Shown one piece after another: positions 55,264 through 64,000 of a stretch of DNA of 64,000 bases. Source of the DNA: Candidatus Omnitrophota bacterium (GTDB taxonomy: Bacteria; Omnitrophota; Gorgyraeia; B26-G9); assembly GCA_043826565.1 (NCBI GenBank), contig JBDRPX010000015.1:3317-67316 (forward strand), read 5' to 3'. The position numbers and the translations under genes are program-made. The notes under the pieces were generated by a model. It had not been told where the DNA came from and made no database searches. It saw only the letters and a list, made by a program, of their open reading frames with translations. Each line of letters begins with the position of its first letter. Position 1 is the stretch's first letter.

Positions 55264-57685
55264 CTTTTGCGGCAACCCGCGCCACCGCGACAAGTTTATC
55301 TTTTTCTTTTGTCCGGATAAGTCTAACTCCCTGTGTGGACCGCCCGGTAGAACGGATATCTTTTATGGGACAGCGGACAACCATAGCGCTGGAAGTAATC
55401 AGCATTAGTTCATCATCATCTACAACAGTCCTAAACGCGACCACTCCTCCGTTTGTTACTGTTGTCTTAATATTAATTATACCTTTTCCGCCGCGGCTTT
55501 GAATGCGGTATTCCTCGAATTTTGTTCTCTTGCCAAAACCGTTCTCGGTAACGGTAAGCATGGTTCCTTCTTTTTCAACAATCTCCATTCCGATCACATA
55601 GTCTTTTTTTGCCAAGGAGATCCCGCGGACACCGGAAGCTGTCCGGCCCATATCTCTTACGTCGGTCTCGGAAAATCTTATCGCTTTACCCTCTTTTGTT
55701 GCCAGAATGATTTCCTGTTGTCCATCAGTAAGTTTACAGCCGATCAGCTGGTCTTTGTCGCGCAGGGTTATGGCGCTGATGCCGCCTTTGCGCGGATGGC
55801 TATAGGCCATTAGGTCGGTCTTTTTCACTTGACCGTTTTTGGTAGCCATGGTCAAAAACTTTCCTTCTTCAAACGATTTTACCTGTATTAACGCGCTTAT
55901 CTGCTCTCCGGATTCAAATTGGAGTAAGTTTACAATCGCTTTCCCTTTAGAAAGCCTCCCCGCCTGCGGTATTTCATAAACTTTTACCCAAAAAACCTGC
56001 CCCTTATCGGTAAATACCAGTAGATAGTCATGGGTTGAAGCGATAAACATGTGCTCGATAAAATCTTCATCTCTCATTCCCGCGCCGGTCACTCCTTTTC
56101 CTCCGCGCCGCTGCTGACGATACGCGCTAACCAGCTGACGCTTAATATAACCGGCATGGGAAATTGTAATAACAACATCTTCCTGCGCAATCAGGTCTTC
56201 TATCTCAAAGTCTTCTACCTGAGCCAGGATAAATGTTCTTCTTGCGTCTCCGTATTTTTTTTGAAGGGCGAGAAGCTCTTCCTTAATAATCGCTAAAACT
56301 TTTTTCAGATCAGCAAGAATTGCTTTAAGCAGATTAATTTTCTTTAAAAGTTCGAGATATTCATTTTCAATTTTTTCCCGTTCTAATGCTGTCAACCTCT
56401 GCAGCTGCATTTCCAGGATTGCCTGAGACTGAGCATCGGATAATCCGAAATTTTCCATTAATCCGGATTTAGCGTCCGCGGTTGTTTTAGAGCCGCGAAT
56501 AAGCTTAATGATCTTGTCCAGATTGTCCAGACAGATTTTTAGTCCTTCTAAGATGTGCGCCCTTTCCTGAGCTTTGCGCAAATCAAATTTTGTCCGGCGA
56601 ATAATAATTTCCTGGCGATGTTCAATATAGTGATGTAATATTTGTTTTAATGTTAATACCCGCGGCCGATTATCAACCAGAGCCAGCAAAATAATCCCAA
56701 AAGTTGTTTCCAACTGAGTATGCTTATATAAAAGATTTAGCACAACCTGCGCATTCGCGTCTTTTTTTAAGTCTATAACAAACCGCATACCGTCTTTATC
56801 CGATTCGTCGCGAATATCGGAAATTCCTTCAATTTTTTTAATCTGTACCAGATTGGCGATCGCTTCGATAACATTTGTTTTGTTAACCTGATAAGGAATC
56901 TCATTAATCACAATGGATTCTCGGCCGGATTTGTGTTCTTCAATAGCCGCTTTGGCGCGAACTTTTATTGTCGCCCGCCCGGTTTCATACGCCTTTTTAA
57001 TCCCTTCTTTTCCGCAAATAATCCCTCCGGTAGGAAAATCCGGGCCGGTTATGTATTGCATCAGCTCTTTTAATTTAGCTTCCGGATGATCAATTAGATA
57101 AACAATCGCGTCAATAACTTCCGTAAGATTATGCGGGGGAATGTTTGTGGCCATCCCCACAGCAATTCCACTGGATCCATTCACAAGTAATCCCGGCAAT
57201 ACCGCCGGAAGTATTTTGGGTTCTACTAAAGATTCATCAAAATTAGGGGAAAAATCCACCGTGTCTTTTTCTATATCTACAAGCATTTCTTTGGTTATTG
57301 AGGCCATCCGCGCCTCGGTATACCTCATGGCCGCGGCAGAATCACCGTCAATAGAACCAAAATTCCCCTGCCCGTCAATAAAAGGATATCGTAAAGAAAA
57401 TGTCTGCACCATTCGAACCAGAGAATCATACACCGCGGTGTCTCCGTGGGGATGATATTTACCTAAAACTTCTCCGACAATACGCGCGGATTTTTTATAG
57501 GGCTTACTGTGGTCTAGGTTTAACTCCTTCATCGCGTAAAGTATTCTGCGGTGTACGGGTTTTAACCCATCCCGGATATCCGGCAGAGCGCGCCCCACGA
57601 TTACACTCATCGCGTAATCAATATATGATCGCTTCATTTCTTCTTCAATTGGAACGATTACTATTTTTTCGTTTTCCGTGTACAT
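55232..57685 (-). CDS. gyrA: DNA gyrase subunit A
   Basis: N-terminal breakage-reunion domain with [10 protein letters not shown] active-site Tyr region; C-terminal beta-pinwheel repeats. Confidence 0.95.
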   Translation of the reverse strand: MYTENEKIVIVPIEEEMKRSYIDYAMSVIVGRALPDIRDGLKPVHRRILYAMKELNLDHSKPYKKSARIVGEVLGKYHPHGDTAVYDSLVRMVQTFSLRYPFIDGQGNFGSIDGDSAAAMRYTEARMASITKEMLVDIEKDTVDFSPNFDESLVEPKILPAVLPGLLVNGSSGIAVGMATNIPPHNLTEVIDAIVYLIDHPEAKLKELMQYITGPDFPTGGIICGKEGIKKAYETGRATIKVRAKAAIEEHKSGRESIVINEIPYQVNKTNVIEAIANLVQIKKIEGISDIRDESDKDGMRFVIDLKKDANAQVVLNLLYKHTQLETTFGIILLALVDNRPRVLTLKQILHHYIEHRQEIIIRRTKFDLRKAQERAHILEGLKICLDNLDKIIKLIRGSKTTADAKSGLMENFGLSDAQSQAILEMQLQRLTALEREKIENEYLELLKKINLLKAILADLKKVLAIIKEELLALQKKYGDARRTFILAQVEDFEIEDLIAQEDVVITISHAGYIKRQLVSAYRQQRRGGKGVTGAGMRDEDFIEHMFIASTHDYLLVFTDKGQVFWVKVYEIPQAGRLSKGKAIVNLLQFESGEQISALIQVKSFEEGKFLTMATKNGQVKKTDLMAYSHPRKGGISAITLRDKDQLIGCKLTDGQQEIILATKEGKAIRFSETDVRDMGRTASGVRGISLAKKDYVIGMEIVEKEGTMLTVTENGFGKRTKFEEYRIQSRGGKGIINIKTTVTNGGVVAFRTVVDDDELMLITSSAMVVRCPIKDIRSTGRSTQGVRLIRTKEKDKLVAVARVAAKDEEEEPTQEV

Positions 57686-57749
57686 TGCTTTTGTGTCTCC
57701 TTGTCCTTGTCTCGGGCGGAGGCAAGCGCCGCCCCTACACTATTAATTT

Positions 57750-60275
<2,526 letters not shown>

Positions 60276-60542
60276 TTATGTGATCCACCACAAAGCATTG
60301 GCAGATAATCTTCGCCTTATTCCTCTCTGGCTTAAAAGTCAATTTTTTCTGCGTCTCGATTAAAATAAAACGTTTGTTCTTTTTATTAATGTTTTAATAG
60401 TTGTGTTTGTTTTATATTTATTCCCTTGTTTTGTGATTATTGTTGTTTTTGTTTTTGCTTTATTTTTTTTTGTATTAGAGCTAATTATTACAATAATATC
60501 ATCAAGGGTTATTGTTTTTTGTTTATCAATATAAAGAAACAT

Positions 60543-60857
60543 TTAAGTTATTTGCCCTATTTTAAAACGTATATCTTTAATTGCTTCTGTTTCATTGAAT
60601 TCTGCGGCAATAAGTTTAATTTTTTCCATTATTCGGTATTTATTTAAAGTTAATTGGTGTAACCATGCTGAATTAGAAACAACAATTATTAATATTTTAT
60701 TTTTAATCATTACTGGTTTTGTATACGGCCAGGCTTCTTCGGAAACAATTTTATCCCAATTATCTATAATTTGTGTTTTTAAAGATTCTTTTTTTGGTTT
60801 ATTCTCCTGTATAAATTTTTCAATTAAATCTTTAATAATAACCGGTTTATTCTTCAT
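60543..60857 (-). CDS. DUF721 (DciA-like) protein in the conserved slot between dnaN and gyrB
   Basis: ..WPYTKPVMIKNKILIIVVSNSAWLHQL..KIKLIAAEFNE..IKDIRFKIG pattern; genomic position. Confidence 0.5.
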   Translation of the reverse strand: MKNKPVIIKDLIEKFIQENKPKKESLKTQIIDNWDKIVSEEAWPYTKPVMIKNKILIIVVSNSAWLHQLTLNKYRIMEKIKLIAAEFNETEAIKDIRFKIGQIT

Positions 60858-60902
60858 TTTTTATCTCGAGCGGACACAAGGGCCGCCCCTACAGGTTTTA
60901 CA

Positions 60903-62009
60903 TTATGCTAACTGCATTGGTAAAACAATATACACATAAAAACTATTAAGTTCTGGAAGCTGTTCGCGGAAAACACCGGGCTTTTCTGCGTCACCGATCT
61001 CAAATTCAACAGTATCTTTTTGTAATACTTTTAATACATCAATTAAATAAAGCGGATTAAAACCAACGGTTAATTCATTTCCGCTATATTGTGTTTTGAT
61101 TTCTTCTTTTACTTCCCCAATATCCGGGGTCATTTTAGAAATAACAAGTTTGTTTTTAAAAATATCGAGTTTTATAGATTGGGAATCTAGACTTGTAAAA
61201 AGACTGGCTCTTTTTACCGCAGACATTAAACTCTCTTTATTAACTTCTATTTTTTCTTGTTTTTCTTTAGGTATAACTTGATCATAATTAGGAAATTCAC
61301 CTTCTATTAATCGGGAAATAATCATTGTTTCATCCAGCTCAAACGCTACTTGGTTTTCGGAGAAAATTATTCTTACCTGCCCCTCTTCTTTTAATATTTT
61401 ACTTAGCTCATTTATTGTTTTTAGGGGAATTATTGCCTCTCTTTTTTCAACATCAGCGGATAATTTACTTTCCGCTAAAGCTAAGCGTCTTCCATCTGTA
61501 GCAACTAACCGTAATATTTTATTCTTAAAAATAAAAAGTGTTCCATTTAAAACATACCTTGTTTCATCTCGAGACATGGCAAAACTTACTTTTTTTAATA
61601 ACTTCTTTAATAATACCTGGTCTAAAACAATTCCATCCTTACTATTGAATTTAGGGATAGATGGAAACTCTTCTTTAGGTAATCCGATCAATCGAAAGGA
61701 ACAATTACTAGAGTCAATAATCATATTATAATTTTTTCTTACATTAATCGTAACCTCTCCATTAGGAAGTTCTTTTATAATATCCGCAAAGCGTTTTGCC
61801 GGAATAGTGATATTTCCTTCGTCAATAATCTCGGCATTAGCTTTATATATGATTCCTATATCCAGATCTGTAGCGTTAAAGTTTAAGGTATCTTTTTGCC
61901 CTTCAATTAAAACATTTGATAATATTGGTAATGTTGTTTTAGTTGCTACGGCACCTTCAACTGTTTGGATCGCGTTCATTAATGTTTCTTTTGTGGATTT
62001 AAAGCGCAT
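60903..62009 (-). CDS. dnaN: DNA polymerase III beta sliding clamp
   Basis: 368 aa, three-domain clamp; MRFKSTKETLMNAIQTVEG.. typical start; downstream of dnaA. Confidence 0.9.
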   Translation of the reverse strand: MRFKSTKETLMNAIQTVEGAVATKTTLPILSNVLIEGQKDTLNFNATDLDIGIIYKANAEIIDEGNITIPAKRFADIIKELPNGEVTINVRKNYNMIIDSSNCSFRLIGLPKEEFPSIPKFNSKDGIVLDQVLLKKLLKKVSFAMSRDETRYVLNGTLFIFKNKILRLVATDGRRLALAESKLSADVEKREAIIPLKTINELSKILKEEGQVRIIFSENQVAFELDETMIISRLIEGEFPNYDQVIPKEKQEKIEVNKESLMSAVKRASLFTSLDSQSIKLDIFKNKLVISKMTPDIGEVKEEIKTQYSGNELTVGFNPLYLIDVLKVLQKDTVEFEIGDAEKPGVFREQLPELNSFYVYIVLPMQLA

Positions 62010-62149
62010 CTTATCCCCCTTTTTATTAACAGATTGTTATACTAATATTCTATTATATTATATCTAAAAATCAGCCGTCTTAGTAGTAGTACTCTTGTTA
62101 ATATGTTAATAACTAAGTTAAACCAACACACCGAACAAGGTTATATTTT

Positions 62150-63484
62150 TTATAAACTGTTGATAAGTGATGTTAATAATCCGTTAAGCTGTTCATCGTT
62201 TTGAATTTGTTTTTTTATTTTCTCGTAAGCGTGTAAAACAGTTGTGTGATCCCGGCCGCCGAAATTTTCTCCGATTTCCGCAAGAGAATGATTTGTAAGT
62301 TTACGTGATAAATACATCGCTATTTGCCGGGGGTGTGAAATAACCTTACTTCTCCCCCCTTTTTTTATGTCGGAAACTTTCACATCAAACTTTTCCGAGA
62401 TAACCCGCTGAATTTTATCAATTGTAATAACTTTTTTAGCGGAATCTTCTTTTATGGAATCTTTCAACACTTCGGCGGCAATATCAATAGAAATAGAATT
62501 GTTAGTCAATAAGGAATACGCGACAACCCTTATAAGGGCGCCTTCTAATTCTCGAATATTTGAACGGATTTTTTCGGCGATAAAAAACATTACTTCGTCA
62601 GGAACTTTAACAATTTCTCTCTCCGCCTTCTTTTTTAAAATAGCAATCCTTGTTTCCAGATCGGGCGGCTGAATATCTGTAACCAAACCCCACTCAAACC
62701 TTGAGATCAGCCGTTCTTCTAATCCGGAAATAACTTTAGGCGGACGGTCGCTGGAAACCACGATCTGTTTATGCGCGTCGTATAAAGTATTAAAAGTGTG
62801 AAAAAATTCCTCCTGGGTACTTTCCTTTCCGCCGATAAACTGGATATCATCGATTAATAAAATATCCACACTTCTATATTTTTCGCGAAAACGCGTTGTG
62901 GTTCGAGTCTGAATAGCATTAATAAGCTGATTAGTAAAACGCTCACTGGTGGTATATGACAATTTTGCTTTATTATTTTTTTCTTGAATATGGTGTCCGA
63001 TAGCCTGCATAAGATGAGTTTTTCCTAACCCCACTCCCCCATAAATAAAAAGAGGATTATACGAACGCGCCGGAGATTCCGCGACCGCAATGCTGGCAGC
63101 ATGAGCAAAGCGATTGCTGGGACCGACAACAAAACTATCAAAAGTGTATTTAGGATTTAAATAAATATCTGTACGCTGACGAGGAATCTGAAAAGAAGGA
63201 GTGTTTGTTTTTTCAATAAGTATCTCTTTACTGTTTTCAGAAATAATTAAATCCACGCGAATTTTTTTATTTAATACCTGAGTAGCCGCGCGCAGTATAT
63301 CGCCGAGATAATGATCAAGCAGCCATTCTTTGAAAAATTTATTAGGAACTTCAACAGTTAAAAATTCTTCGGAAAGCTCAACTCCAACTGTAGGCTTTAG
63401 CCAGGTTTCAAAACGCTGAGCGCTGATATCTTGTTTTAATATGGACAACACTTCGGTCCAAAGGTCTGAGGCCTTTATATTCAT
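62150..63484 (-). CDS. dnaA: chromosomal replication initiator DnaA
   Basis: Walker A GGVGLGKTHL, AAA+ boxes, C-terminal DNA-binding domain (..LAEIGENFGGRDHTTVLHA..). Confidence 0.95.
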   Translation of the reverse strand: MNIKASDLWTEVLSILKQDISAQRFETWLKPTVGVELSEEFLTVEVPNKFFKEWLLDHYLGDILRAATQVLNKKIRVDLIISENSKEILIEKTNTPSFQIPRQRTDIYLNPKYTFDSFVVGPSNRFAHAASIAVAESPARSYNPLFIYGGVGLGKTHLMQAIGHHIQEKNNKAKLSYTTSERFTNQLINAIQTRTTTRFREKYRSVDILLIDDIQFIGGKESTQEEFFHTFNTLYDAHKQIVVSSDRPPKVISGLEERLISRFEWGLVTDIQPPDLETRIAILKKKAEREIVKVPDEVMFFIAEKIRSNIRELEGALIRVVAYSLLTNNSISIDIAAEVLKDSIKEDSAKKVITIDKIQRVISEKFDVKVSDIKKGGRSKVISHPRQIAMYLSRKLTNHSLAEIGENFGGRDHTTVLHAYEKIKKQIQNDEQLNGLLTSLINSL

Positions 63485-63755
63485 ATGAGTAAGGGGTTGT
63501 GGTTAAAGTTATTAACAAAACAAAAATGTAATCAATATTGTTGTAACACCTTTAATCGGGGTAAGTTGGGGGTTTTATTTAATTTTATGTCCACAAGTTA
63601 TCCACAAGGTGCTTATGTCATTAGGGAGTAAACTCTTAATGTATTATAGCAAAAGAAACACATAATTCAAGAGTTTTTTTGTGTTTTTTATTGACTAAGC
63701 TAACTTTTATGTTATAATTCTCTCTATATCTATATAAGGAAAGGTGTAGCCGGAA
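63485..63755. other. putative oriC (dnaA-rpmH spacer) with DnaA boxes and AT-rich unwinding region
   Basis: perfect DnaA box TTATCCACA at 63598..63606 immediately preceded by TGTCCACAA-like box; AT-rich tracts 63500..63560. Confidence 0.6.
63691..63718 (+). promoter_or_regulatory. sigma-70-type promoter for rpmH-rnpA
   Basis: TTGACT - 16 bp - TATAAT about 37 bp upstream of rpmH ATG. Confidence 0.5.
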
Positions 63756-63893
63756 ATGAAAAAAAATCTTACAAGAAAATCAAATCTTAAGAGGAAAAGA
63801 AAACATGGCTTTCGCGAACGTATGAAAACTGAAGACGGCCGCGAGGTCATAAAAAGAAGAAGGCGCAAAGGGCGTAAGGTCCTCACAGCTTAA
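63756..63893 (+). CDS. rpmH: 50S ribosomal protein L34
   Basis: [45 protein letters not shown]. Confidence 0.9.
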   Translation: MKKNLTRKSNLKRKRKHGFRERMKTEDGREVIKRRRRKGRKVLTA

Positions 63894-63894
63894 A

Positions 63895-64000
63895 ATGAAG
63901 AGGTTTTGTTTTTCGAAAGAGGAACATTTATTAAAAACCTTTCAATTTAAAAGCGTCTATCAGCAGGGACGTTTGTTGAAAAGTAAATATGCGTGGATAT
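63895..64000 (+). CDS. rnpA: RNase P protein component (5' fragment, runs off window)
   Basis: starts 2 bp after rpmH; MKRFCFSKEEHLLKTFQFKSVYQQGRLLKSKYAWI.. Confidence 0.7.
   Translation, partial: MKRFCFSKEEHLLKTFQFKSVYQQGRLLKSKYAWI

Noticed and set aside
60360-60542. 60-aa ORF (MFLYIDKQKTITLDD...KTKTTIITKQ...) in the gyrB-DUF721 spacer
   Set aside because: It lies wholly in a TTGTTTT low-complexity tract, has a K/T/N-rich translation and no RBS context; it is likely non-coding.

Overview
A low-GC (~38-40%) chromosomal window from a probably uncultivated diderm bacterium; PEP-CTERM/HAF, two-CW-like proteins, outer-membrane beta-barrels and a porin point that way. It ends at the replication origin: rpmH-rnpA on the plus strand, an oriC spacer with a perfect DnaA box, then dnaA-dnaN-DUF721-gyrB-gyrA on the minus strand. 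Most genes are co-oriented with leftward replication. Moving leftward the core content is rtcB/archease, serS, an HD-GYP pair, a Ni/Co ECF transporter with a porin, a GH16 glucanase, a Fic protein, and a sensor kinase/response-regulator pair. A stand-alone EF-G lies next to a 1022-aa coiled-coil membrane protein. Two plus-strand (head-on) operons of secreted proteins sit in the middle. The first starts with a signal peptidase I and a clearly SecY-homologous but atypical membrane protein with extra terminal domains, which looks like a dedicated accessory translocon. The second is led by a processive GT2 synthase. Both operons are bounded by a roughly 300-bp structured non-coding repeat and paralogous small HTH genes. 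The repeat begins at a tRNA-like CCGCCA end, carries an intrinsic terminator and an extended -10, and ends with a duplicated tRNA-Ser 3' end. Two tRNA-Ser genes (CGA and UGA anticodons) each have a small GIY-YIG gene upstream, flanked by direct repeats, tRNA fragments and GC-rich palindromes (GGCGAGATCTCGCC, GGCGGATCCGCC). No CRISPR array or intact transposase or integrase was seen. All calls come from reading the ORF translations and the sequence by eye; no database searches were run.
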